A DNA stretch of 20,428 nt, from NCBI GenBank assembly GCA_035250975.1, contig DATFEP010000060.1, forward strand, positions 1 through 20,428. The letters run 5' to 3'. This DNA is from Nitrososphaeraceae archaeon (GTDB taxonomy: Archaea > Thermoproteota > Nitrososphaeria > Nitrososphaerales > Nitrososphaeraceae). Shown piece after piece: positions 1 to 9,241 of the stretch (within the stretch, counting starts at the first letter, position 1; each line of letters opens with the position of its first letter). The notes under the pieces were generated by a model that worked only from the letters and a program-made list of their open reading frames with translations, was not told the DNA's origin and did not search any database. Position numbers and translations under genes: made by a program.

Positions 1-35
1 TGTAACGTACAATCCTTCTAGGTATGTACTCTGCA

Positions 36-458
36 CTAGTTTAGGTCACATATAACCAGATCGGTTACTAATGCTCCTTCTAAGTTTGTACCAGGTGGAC
101 ATACAAGAAGTTCTATATTATTTGAGTCACATAATGCGGGATCTGTTACTATTGCACCTTCCAATTCAGTTCCTGCTGGACATGTAATCAGTTCTGGTAT
201 GTCGATGTTACATATCACATTAGCATTCTCTTCAAGGACTACAACGCCTTCCAAATCAGAACCTGCTGGACAAGTTGAAGTACCAGATGGTAGGATGTCT
301 ACCTCACAAAACTCTGGGTACTTTAGACAGAATCCACCTAACTCTCCTGATATAAGTGCCTCTGCATTTCCTACCATTGATGGGTTCAGAGCCAATAGAC
401 CTGTTGCTAGTATTGCTCCCAGTATAGAAGCAAAAACTATCTTTTGATTGTTGCTCAA
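36..458 (-). CDS. Secreted/surface protein with Cys-containing repeats (CPAG[ST]xLEGxxV..C), probably truncated by a frameshift
   Basis: N-terminal signal peptide (KIVFASILGAILATGLLAL..NAEA). Three repeats: CPAGSDLEGVVV, CPAGTELEGAIVTD, CPPGTNLEGALVTD. A fourth repeat (STYLEGLYVT) continues in another frame past the stop, to the window edge. Confidence 0.75.
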   Translation of the reverse strand: MSNNQKIVFASILGAILATGLLALNPSMVGNAEALISGELGGFCLKYPEFCEVDILPSGTSTCPAGSDLEGVVVLEENANVICNIDIPELITCPAGTELEGAIVTDPALCDSNNIELLVCPPGTNLEGALVTDLVICDLN

Positions 459-709
459 TACAATGTTAAATACGAATTTAATATATCTAAGGTTGGAAGG
501 AACATTATCTAATCTTGTAATATTTTATCATTTTGAATTATTGACTATAAGAAGAATAGCAATTGATGTTCAAGTACAAAGAAAAATTAGCGTGGTAGTA
601 ATATCGCTGCATAAAAAGCCAAATGATAATCTTATTATTCAAGACTATATGGGTAAATTTAGAAAATTAGAATTTTAATGATAACGCAAATTATTTTATA
701 ATAAATAAA

Positions 710-723
710 CTCCACTAGTGGAG
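710..723. repeat. Perfect 14-bp palindrome CTCCACTAGTGGAG directly downstream of the tRNA fragment
   Basis: Sequence equals its own reverse complement and abuts the tRNA discriminator base. Confidence 0.7.
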
Positions 724-745
724 CGCCGGGAGTGGGAGTCGAACC
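724..745 (-). mobile_element. tRNA 3'-end fragment (probably tRNA-Ser-type), putative att site of an integrated element
   Basis: Minus strand reads GGTTCGACTCCCACTCCCGGCG: T-loop, 3' T-stem, 3' acceptor strand and G discriminator. It is GC-rich in AT-rich DNA, and the rest of the tRNA is absent (AAC replaces the 5' T-stem). Confidence 0.75.
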
Positions 746-985
746 GTTATTCATCCAATGTAGGTTTTATTATCGCCATATTAAAATTTAGCATTCAATT
801 ATTATTCTTCATTTTTCGTAAAAAGATATTCTAGATAAAGAATAATATTATGTGTCCTATCTGATCTGGTAACAAGTTTGTTACCATTTATAGTAATTAA
901 ACTTTTTGCTAAGTAAATAATAAATATTAAAGAATCAAACATAAAGATGTCATAACCACATAAATTTAGAGTATTAAAATTTATT

Positions 986-2069
986 TTAAGATTCTGAAAC
1001 ATCAAATTGGAATTTTGCTTTTTTCCTTTTCATAATTTGTACAAGAGACAGCATTACCGGAACTTCAACCAGAACACCAACAGTAATTGCTAAAGTGACC
1101 CCAGAATGTACACCAAACAAAATTGTAGATACTGTTACTGCAAGTTCAAAAAAGTTACTTGCTCCAATGAAAGCAGTAGGTGCTGCTTCCGGATAAGGTA
1201 TTCTCAATTTTTTTGATCCAAAATATCCTAATGCAAAGATTAGATAGGTGTGAAGTACAAGAGGGATTGCAATTAACATCAAGTGATAAGGAAAATTGAT
1301 GATCTTATCGCCTTGAAAAATAAAAATAAGAACTAGAGTTATCAAAAGACCAATTGGAGTAATTTTATCAATTCTCTCGATTAGATGAGTTTCAAGCCAT
1401 TCTTCTCTCTTCGTCTTGATTGTTACTCGTCGATTTAAAGCCGCTAATCCCAAAGGTACTGCAACATATAATAAAATTGAGACAAAAAGAGTGTCAAGAG
1501 GAACAGAAAACCCAGTGGCTCCAAGCAAAAACACACCAAGAGGAACATAAAGAACAAGGATAATTAGATCATTTATTGATACTTGAAGTAGTGCACAACT
1601 AATATTAGCTCTAGCAAGATATGTCCATACAAGTGTCATTGCCGTACAAGGTGCAAGTCCAAGAATTATCATACCCATCATGTATTCTTTATGTAAATTT
1701 TTCAGGAATCATAGAAGAAAAAATAACGCCCATAAACAACCAAGCGATAAAAGCCATCATAAAAGGTTGGATTGCCCAATTTATAGTCAATGTAAAAGCC
1801 ATAACCTTTACATTTTTCCTAAAGTTCAACAGCTCTGAATATTTTACTTTAAGCATAATTGGATACATCATCATCAAAAGTACTATTGCTATGGGGAGCG
1901 AGACATTTGCAAACTCAATGCTTGACAAAGAAGTAGATAGTGAAGGAAAAAAATATCCTAGCAAGGTTCCAGATATAATACAAATTGCTACCCAAATTGA
2001 GAGATATTTGTTAAATACATCGAGTTCCTTTTGATAAATTTTCGAGATTTTAGGTTCCTTTCGAGTTAT
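986..2069 (-). pseudogene. acr3: Acr3 family arsenite efflux transporter, frameshifted and lacking a canonical start
   Basis: Motifs FNKYLSIWVAICI, MMYPIM, INWAIQPF, GLAPCTAM, GASNFFELA and GVLVEVPVML. One extra base in GAAAAATTTA (~1694-1703) splits ORFs 1689-1964 and 986-1681. The first TM helix lies upstream of any ATG/GTG/TTG. An in-frame ATA at 2069 sits about 26 nt below TTATAA (2095-2100). Confidence 0.88.
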
Positions 2070-2134
2070 GAATACTGTATTATTGGTATATGTGTTATAA
2101 GTTTTTATTAAAACTGCTATACCTTCTATCTAAA

Positions 2135-2635
2135 TTGGTTACTGATGTTGGTACTGATAATAAAATAACACAAAACCTTATTAAAAAAATTCTAGTGGGA
2201 GTAGATGGTTCTGAGAAGTCATTTGAAGCTGCTGAATATGCATTAAATTTAGCTGAAAAATACAAAAGTAAATTGATACTAATTGTATATGTTCTTGAAA
2301 TAGAACCCTGGCTTCATGGTGAATATCCATATAGTTGGGGGAAACCTGAAGTAATTGAAAAAGTGTATGAGAATCAAAAACGAGATATACAGAAGATTCT
2401 TGACAAAATAAAAGAAAAAACTGATAAACTCGATCTAAATTCTAAAACTGATATGATTATGACTCCTCGCACAACTAATCCATCAATAGCGTTGGTAGAT
2501 TACTCTGAAAAAAACGATATTGATTTAATAGTGGTAGGAACAAGAGGAAGCACTGGTTTCAAGAAATTGCTTCTTGGTAGCGTAGCTAGCGGAGTGGTAA
2601 CATATGCTCATTGTCCAGTATTAATTATAAAGTAG
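2135..2635 (+). CDS. Universal stress protein (UspA family)
   Basis: KKILVGVDGSEKSFEAAEYA and DLIVVGTRGSTGFKKLLLGSVASGVVTYAHCPVLII motifs. TTG at 2135 is preferred over ATG 2090 because a TATA-like element lies at ~2104-2113. Confidence 0.92.
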   Translation: MVTDVGTDNKITQNLIKKILVGVDGSEKSFEAAEYALNLAEKYKSKLILIVYVLEIEPWLHGEYPYSWGKPEVIEKVYENQKRDIQKILDKIKEKTDKLDLNSKTDMIMTPRTTNPSIALVDYSEKNDIDLIVVGTRGSTGFKKLLLGSVASGVVTYAHCPVLIIK

Positions 2636-2852
2636 TATATATCATCTAATAATTTACTTAATAATGATAATTATTATTTTCAATTCTTTTATTTTTTGTG
2701 GAGAAGCATGAGAAATGTCACATATCTGTAGCTCTTATAACTTACAATATTGCTGAAATGAATTCACATACTATCATTATATGCTATTTCTTCTCTGTGA
2801 TTCGATATTTTCCGTGATTATAGAATACACGAAATTTCGTTAGCAAAGCATA

Positions 2853-3548
2853 TTATTTAACATTCTTAGTAAATTTACCCCTAAATAATAAGGCTATAAA
2901 TGATGTTCCTATGAAAGTTGCAGACAAATAAAGCCACAAATCATTTAAGACTCCAGATAATAAAGCAGGTGCTAAGGACCTGGCAGGATTCATGGAAGCA
3001 CCAGAAATAAATGCCAGGAAAAAAATATCTAAACCAACAATACTACCAATTACTAATCCACCAAAACCTCTCAAACCTTTTGTATGTACTACAATACAAA
3101 TAACAATCATCAACAATGCAGAAGCCAAAACTTCTATTCCAAATATCAAAGGAAGTGGATAACTATAATTTGGCGCATTAGCACCTAAATTGGCTTCATA
3201 TCCAATAAAATACTTTACAAATAAACTTGCTAAAAGGGCACCAATAATTTCCGCAACAAAATAATATACCAATTGATATTTTTTTATATGTCCAGTTATT
3301 AGAAATGCTAATGTCACTGCAGGATTAAAGTGCGCCATAGATATTTTACCTAAAATATATACCCCTATTGTAACTCCTATTAATGGAGAAATAGCAATAA
3401 ACGGAAGTCCCAACACTCCTCCAGTTTTTGCATCAATAACTACAGATCCAGTAGCTAATACAACTACGATAAATGTTCCAATAATTTCTGCAAAAAATAT
3501 TTTTTGATCAGACGATAGTCTATTGGTTAATTTCCAAAGTTGAGACAA
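2853..3548 (-). CDS. MIP/aquaporin family channel (NIP/AqpN-like, likely metalloid channel)
   Basis: Two NPA boxes (HFNPAVT, SMNPARS), AEIIGTF, six hydrophobic segments; overlaps the arsC 3' end. Confidence 0.93.
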   Translation of the reverse strand: MSQLWKLTNRLSSDQKIFFAEIIGTFIVVVLATGSVVIDAKTGGVLGLPFIAISPLIGVTIGVYILGKISMAHFNPAVTLAFLITGHIKKYQLVYYFVAEIIGALLASLFVKYFIGYEANLGANAPNYSYPLPLIFGIEVLASALLMIVICIVVHTKGLRGFGGLVIGSIVGLDIFFLAFISGASMNPARSLAPALLSGVLNDLWLYLSATFIGTSFIALLFRGKFTKNVK

Positions 3549-3969
3549 GTTCTTTTATCCTCTTCTCTATTTCATCTCTTATATCCCTAACTTCTTCTAT
3601 AGATTTCCCTTTTGGGTCTTCTAAATTCCATTCTATAACCTTTGGTAACCATATTGTAGGACAAAAGTTTTTATCCATACAGCCCATATTTACTATATTA
3701 TAAGAGTCTCGAATCATTTCATCGGTTAACTCTTTAGATCTTTGTTTACTGATGTCTATTCCAACTTCTTTCATTACTTCAACTACTATTGGATTGAGTT
3801 GGTAGGCAGGTTTTGTTCCTGCACTCACGGTTTTAAATCTACTCGGAGCATATTTTTTAAAAAATCCCTCTGCCATTTGACTTCTTCCTGCATTTTCAAT
3901 ACATACAAAGAGAATTGTTTTAGCATCTTTGTTACTACTTCTTTTTTTAGATTTTCCAAAAAATTTCAT
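3520..3969 (-). CDS. arsC: Arsenate reductase, LMW-PTPase fold (thioredoxin-type)
   Basis: P-loop FVCIENAGRSQMAEG, SAGTKP, NMGC..CP resolving cysteines, WNLEDPKG, VRDIRDEI; ars gene context. Confidence 0.9.
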   Translation of the reverse strand: MKFFGKSKKRSSNKDAKTILFVCIENAGRSQMAEGFFKKYAPSRFKTVSAGTKPAYQLNPIVVEVMKEVGIDISKQRSKELTDEMIRDSYNIVNMGCMDKNFCPTIWLPKVIEWNLEDPKGKSIEEVRDIRDEIEKRIKELVSTLEINQ

Positions 3970-3985
3970 GATCGTATCACTCCTA

Positions 3986-4768
3986 CTAATTTGTTAGTGC
4001 TTTAACTATTATACTAACGATTTTCCTTCCGTCACTAAAATTGGTTTCATCCCTGTATGTTTTTTCATTTAATATCTGGATGTTTTGAAATCCAGCGTCC
4101 TCAATGCTTTTTATGTAATTTTCTTTTGTTAATGCACCATCAATACAACTACACCAATTATCAGTATTGACGTCATCTTTGCTAATTTCTTTAGTTGTTA
4201 TCAGGTCAGAAATAATCATTCTTCCTTTTGACTCTTTTTTCAAAATACGATAAATTTCTTTGAAAGTATTTGTCTTATTAGAGGTCAAATTAATAACACA
4301 ATTACTTATTACAACATCTACCGAGTTAGTATCAATAGGAATTCTCTCTTCTATGTCTCCCTTACTAAATTCTATATTCTTGTAATTATGAGCGATTGAT
4401 GTTTTTCTTGCTTTTTGGAGCATTTCCTCAGTCATGTCAATTCCTATAACTTTTCCCTTATTACCTATCAATTTAGATGCTAAGAACGCATCAATTCCAG
4501 CACCTGAACCCAGATCAACTACAGTTTCACCTCTTTTTATATCTGCAAAATTTAGCGGTGCACCACATCCTAATCCAAGAATTGATTCTTCTGGAATAGA
4601 TTCCAATTCTGTTTCATTATATCCAATAACAGATGATACCTGTTCTTTAGAAATGTTATTAATATTACAACAAACCTGCTGTGGATTACAACAAGAACTG
4701 ATATTAGCTTTTAACGCAATTTTTGCATAATTTTCTTTGATTTTGTCTTTGAGTATTTCTTTTTGCAT
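3986..4768 (-). CDS. arsM: Arsenite S-adenosylmethionine methyltransferase
   Basis: N-terminal CC..CC, LGLGCGAP, VDLGSGAGID (SAM binding), GIDMTEEML, ISNCVINL, WCSCIDGAL. Confidence 0.93.
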   Translation of the reverse strand: MQKEILKDKIKENYAKIALKANISSCCNPQQVCCNINNISKEQVSSVIGYNETELESIPEESILGLGCGAPLNFADIKRGETVVDLGSGAGIDAFLASKLIGNKGKVIGIDMTEEMLQKARKTSIAHNYKNIEFSKGDIEERIPIDTNSVDVVISNCVINLTSNKTNTFKEIYRILKKESKGRMIISDLITTKEISKDDVNTDNWCSCIDGALTKENYIKSIEDAGFQNIQILNEKTYRDETNFSDGRKIVSIIVKALTN

Positions 4769-4828
4769 AATTATGTTTACTAAGGAAACTATTTAAATTG
4801 TCAAGATGACCATATTACACAAAGTATC
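4769..4828. promoter_or_regulatory. 60-bp divergent promoter for arsM and the regulator, with palindromic TATA and candidate operator
   Basis: ATTTAAAT at 4791-4798 lies 23-30 nt above the arsM ATG and 31-38 nt above the regulator ATG. Imperfect inverted repeat GTTTAC-TAA-GGAAAC at 4775-4789 lies between the TATA and the arsM start. Confidence 0.55.
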
Positions 4829-5209
4829 ATGAGGGAAACAAAGGGACAAAAAGTAAAGAAATTGCCTTTATATGATCATTGTACTTTTGATGGATATGAC
4901 TCTCAAAAATTAATGTTACAGACAACGAAACTTCGAAATCTGATAACAAAGAGAGGGACATTTGAAATGTTGATTCCTTTATGTTGCACAACCAATCCTG
5001 TAAGATATAAGCAATTCAAAGAGGAACTAAAAGGTATTAGTAGTAAAACTCTTGCTCGCAGATTAAAAGAACTTGAAAAAGATGGTATACTAGAAAGACA
5101 GGCATATAATGAAATTCCACCAAGAGTAGAATATAAAATGACTAAGAAAGGTCAAGAATTAGTAGAATCAATAATAAATTTAATTCAATGGATGATAAAA
5201 TGGTCATGA
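4829..5209 (+). CDS. HxlR/DUF24 (MarR-superfamily) winged-helix regulator with Cys18, Cys52, Cys53
   Basis: HxlR signature RYKQFKEELKGISSKTLARRLKELEKDGILERQAYNEIPPRVEYKMTKKG; divergent from arsM. Confidence 0.9.
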   Translation: MRETKGQKVKKLPLYDHCTFDGYDSQKLMLQTTKLRNLITKRGTFEMLIPLCCTTNPVRYKQFKEELKGISSKTLARRLKELEKDGILERQAYNEIPPRVEYKMTKKGQELVESIINLIQWMIKWS

Positions 5210-5978
5210 TTAAACTAAATTATTTAATCTTTTTCAAAACATTTTCTGTTTGATTATATTTTTATGTATGAAATAAGCTTCCCAGAAGAATCTAATAATA
5301 AAAAAGTTTACCAGTCGATAATGGATATCATATACAATAAATCTAAATGACAATATTTTTGGTCAAGTCTTTATCTATCTCCATAATGCATATTCGCTAA
5401 ATAATCTTCTAAATTTTATATTAAGAAACTTTTTGACGAGAGAATTATCTAAACTTTAAATATTATTAAATCAGTTTTTATCGACACTTTTGAAATCGAG
5501 TATTTGATAGACGAATTACTCTCATATCTTTAAATAATCCCACAACCACCGAACCGGATTCAGATTTTGTAATTTATAATCATCTTTAATTTTAATCTAG
5601 ATTTAGCCACTTAATTTTGTTTTATTAAAAATCTGTTATATAAAATTGTCTTACCTTTTTATATTCTATACTATCAAATTTAGAATAATTTCCAGTTCCT
5701 TAATATCGATGTAAGATTTAGACTTTATGTCTTTTATTTCTGGAGCGTAAAAGTTCAATCTTTATAAATTTCTTCACTAGAAAATTAGACTATTATTTTT
5801 TCACTCTATTGATATTAGTCTGGATGAAATACAGAATACTCATATGAATCCTAGTAGTGGACACTATCACTTTAGTCTAAAAAAATCTTTTTTATACCTC
5901 TATCTGTTTTTATTCGTTAAATAATTTTACTTTTAAAACATGAAATACTTACTACATGCCTTTTAAAATATAATTACA

Positions 5979-6527
5979 TTAGGGTAAATCTATAGTATGC
6001 ACCGCGTCTTCACAACTTAGACACATAAACCTGCCACAACTATCACACCACTGTATTTCAATGGAGCTGCCACATGAATCACATCCAGGTCCCTTTCCTC
6101 TAGTGGCCGTTCGCAATATGGAAGAAGCCAAATCTGATTTTATTTTAGGCAAGAGAAACATTACTAAGTCAGTTGTTGTTATTATGCCAACTAAATCATC
6201 ATTTTGGTCGACAATTGGAATCTTTCTGATTCCATTTTTTAACATGATTTTTGCTACTTTTTCAACTGTTGTACTGTGGTCTGCTGTAATAAGTGGATGG
6301 GAAGCCAAATCACCAAGAGGCGTATCACGAGCATATCTTCTTACAAGATCTCGTTCGGTAATTATTCCAAATGGTTTGTTATTTTTAGTTATAACAATAC
6401 TCCCTATTTTTTTCTCGGTCATCAAATCCGCTGCATGAGACGCTATTTTTGAGACATCTAAAGAGACAACATTCGTAGACATTATATCCTCTACCTTGGT
6501 ATTGCTTTCTTGTACAAATGATTTCAT
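5979..6527 (-). CDS. CBS-pair protein with C-terminal B-box-like zinc finger
   Basis: KVEDIMS, IGSIVI..GIITERDL, IRKIPIVD..GIITTTDL; tail CDSC-x8-CDSC-x4-CLSC-x4-H. Confidence 0.88.
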   Translation of the reverse strand: MKSFVQESNTKVEDIMSTNVVSLDVSKIASHAADLMTEKKIGSIVITKNNKPFGIITERDLVRRYARDTPLGDLASHPLITADHSTTVEKVAKIMLKNGIRKIPIVDQNDDLVGIITTTDLVMFLLPKIKSDLASSILRTATRGKGPGCDSCGSSIEIQWCDSCGRFMCLSCEDAVHTIDLP

Positions 6528-6810
6528 GATATGATATACTAATAATTTGTGAATACTATATTATATACATTAACCTAGCATTTCATGTAATACTCAGTTT
6601 TTTACTTTTAACAAACCAAGAAATCTAAATTCTTAAACCAATGCGTCTTTCCAAATGCTTTGAACGGGACCCAATAATAATGTGATCTCAATGATGGCAC
6701 AAAAAGTATCCTAGATTTGATAAAAAACACGATAAAAGATAGCTCGGGATTCCAGGCATTTTATTTTTGTGATATGTAAAAAGATCAAAGGCGACTGACG
6801 GGACCTGAAG

Positions 6811-7156
6811 GTGTTAGTCAAAAGAATAGATATTACCGAGATACCTCAAGAACCTAGTGATATGATGGCACCAGTAGAAGCAGCAAATGCTCAGGCAGCA
6901 CCAAATACACAAAATGGCTACGGTTTTGGGTAACGATAAAATTCAAAAAGAAGTTGGTAAACATATGTATCAATTAGAATAGAAGGGTAAGATAAAAGTT
7001 GTTCCTCCCCAATCAAGATGTAGAGTAACAGATACTATAACTGGATTGGGAGATAATACAGTTGGTGTACCTTATGACCCAGTAAATGAGATAATGTATG
7101 TGTCCAATTTTGATGGTAATACTCCCGGTGAAATCATCTCTATTAATCCTATATAA
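6811..7156 (+). pseudogene. Remnant of a secreted YVTN/YncE-type beta-propeller protein
   Basis: 7025-7156 reads VTDTITGLGDNTVGVPYDPVNEIMYVSNFDGNTPGEIISINPI*, one YVTN-like blade. An upstream fragment ..EAANAQAAPNTQNGYGFG* ends at 6933, and there is an in-frame TAG at 6980. Confidence 0.6.
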
Positions 7157-7653
7157 CAGCATTTTTTAAAATAATATTTTGATCTCTTAATGAATCCTCA
7201 TTTTTTATATTTATATAATTTAAACAATTTCTAAATAATAAAAGCTAAAATATAAGAGTATGGATTGGTAGAGCCTTACATTAAACATTCGACTTCAGAC
7301 AATAATGTCTAAGTGATAATGGTTTTGAATTTTATTGATAGTGGATATAATGAGTCTAAGTAAATATAAAACTTACTTTTTAAAATCTTTTAGCCTTTGG
7401 CTATGCCAGATTGTAAATATTTTCTTTTAGAAATATTTCAATCAAAAAAAATTTATACCAATTTTAATTAATAACAAATTTTTTGTGTTTATTAAGAGCA
7501 TATAAATGCAACATAAAATTGAAAGAAGTGAAATTTAATAAACATGAGTTCAATTGTGTACTTAGTCAGAGAACGAATGCATATTATTTTCGTTTTAATA
7601 ATATTTTTTTTCGATTAGAAAATTATTTAAGCTGGCTAGATGTATATCGATTA

Positions 7654-8611
7654 ATGAGAATTCTATATAGTAGAATAGGCTCTGTTGTAATTCTTATTAT
7701 CATAGGAACATTTATCTTTCTTAATATTCAAGATGATGGAATATTTGAAAGAATAATTGTACAAGAAGATATCAATAGATAACGATTCTCTATTACAAAG
7801 CAATCAGACTCAATTATCAATTCATGATAAAAGTATCATAGTTCAACTTTTAGCAAATCATTTAGAAACTAAACTCAATAAATCAGCTGCAATATTAGAA
7901 ATAGCAAGCGAGCTTCCACAAATGAGAACTCTACCTAATGGGACTTTAATTGATCCCTCTCTTCATGGCATTCCAGAAGATGAAGATATGTCAAAAAGAC
8001 AAGTAGCACAAAATATATTATCTATAGATAAGGATTTTGGACGAATTTTCTATATGATGCCAAATGGTGATATGTATTTTGAAGAGCCTTATTCGGCACA
8101 GGAGAACCTCACTAGAGATAACTTTGCATTTAGAGATTATTACAAGGGAGCCGTTTCTACTGGCGATACCTATCTTGGAAATGTACTCATATCTGCCTCT
8201 TCTGGCCTTCCCCAAGTCAATATGGCTATACCATTATACTATGCTAATGGCAGTAATAAGGATAACAATACTGAGAATTTGATAGGATTATTTGCTGGTG
8301 ATCAGGACATTTCTACATTTAACAAATCATTACAATCTCTTCCCCTATCAGAAAATGAAACTGCAATATACGTAGATAACAATGGCCAAGTTATCTCCAG
8401 CTCGTCGCATTCATCATATATTAATAATCAAGATCAATCAGATGATATCTCTTCTCTTTTATCTTTTAAAGACGTTATAGCTGGCATGTCTGGATATAAG
8501 ATTGAAAAAATTGGCGATAAAGATATGTTAATTGTATACACACCAGTCAAATTCAAATCAACAACATGGGGAGTACTCTTTATCTCTCCTTTAAATAATA
8601 TTGTTAGATAA
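7654..8611 (+). pseudogene. Membrane-anchored Cache (dCache_1-like) domain protein, frameshifted near 7760-7782
   Basis: ATG 7654 has TTATTTAA ~25 nt upstream and encodes a TM anchor (VVILIIIGTFIFL) that stops at 7782. The +1 frame carries Cache motifs NFAFRDYYKGAV, YLGNVLISASSG..AIPLY, YVDNNGQVI and YTPV..TWGV. Confidence 0.8.
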
Positions 8612-9241
8612 GAGGCCATCTGCATTGTAAATCAAGACAATATATTTAGATACCTCTATTTACATACCACTTTTATCTAATCCGATGACTATATTAAGTA
8701 TACTAAATCTATGTACTAAATGATTTAAACAACTACGCGTGCTAAGAAGATTGCACGTTTTTGTTGTTGTTTTTAATGACTTCAATATATAGTAATACCA
8801 AATAAAATTATATCAAGATACAATTAATTCTGCAAAATTTTGTCAATATGAAGTTATGATAGTGGATTTATTATAATTTAAGTACAATAACAAGTTAAGT
8901 TCCAATTTTTGAGACTGGATATTGAGGAAGCCAGTAAACACTTGACGGATTTGGAAGTCAAGTTAGGAACTAAAAAGAAGAGAGGAATTTAAAGGCTTTA
9001 TTCGATGGAGAATCTAATCGTGTTGGGATATAAAGATCATTCTAAATTACTCGGCAAGTTTGGGATTAATTGAGTTATTGGGATAGGGATAATAAAACCG
9101 AAAATCTATTTTTCCTTTTTTTTGTCTTATTTTAATTGGTTAATTAATCTATTTCTCTAGAGATAGAGATACTAACAGAGATAAATTACTGTTCTTTAAA
9201 AAAAAGAAAAAAGAAATGTTGAATAAAATCGACTATATTAC

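Noticed and set aside
719-745. Functional tRNA or trans-spliced split tRNA half
   Set aside because: Only 22 nt match. There is no anticodon or variable arm and no complementary leader, and the downstream CCA is offset by two bases.
199-1005. ORF-track entries 199-447, 448-678 and 802-1005
   Set aside because: Antisense shadow or low-complexity AT-rich frames without recognisable motifs.
1694-1700. AAATTTA as a programmed -1 frameshift heptamer in acr3
   Set aside because: It is in the wrong phase, and restoring the frame requires +1, not -1.
5522-5575. Minus-strand peptide KLQNLNPVRWLWDYLK resembling IS630/IS66 transposase motifs
   Set aside because: Too short and flanked by stops, with no terminal repeats or other transposase motifs.
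1689-7782. Shared stop-dependent +1 recoding at ACA-TAA (acr3) and AGA-TAA (Cache)
   Set aside because: Early TAA stops after a frameshift are expected in AT-rich DNA; two cases are insufficient, and other lesions are in other phases.
8727-8774. Imperfect hairpin CGTGC-N10-GCACG followed by a T-rich tract as ncRNA or terminator
   Set aside because: The 5-bp core stem is too weak to support a call.
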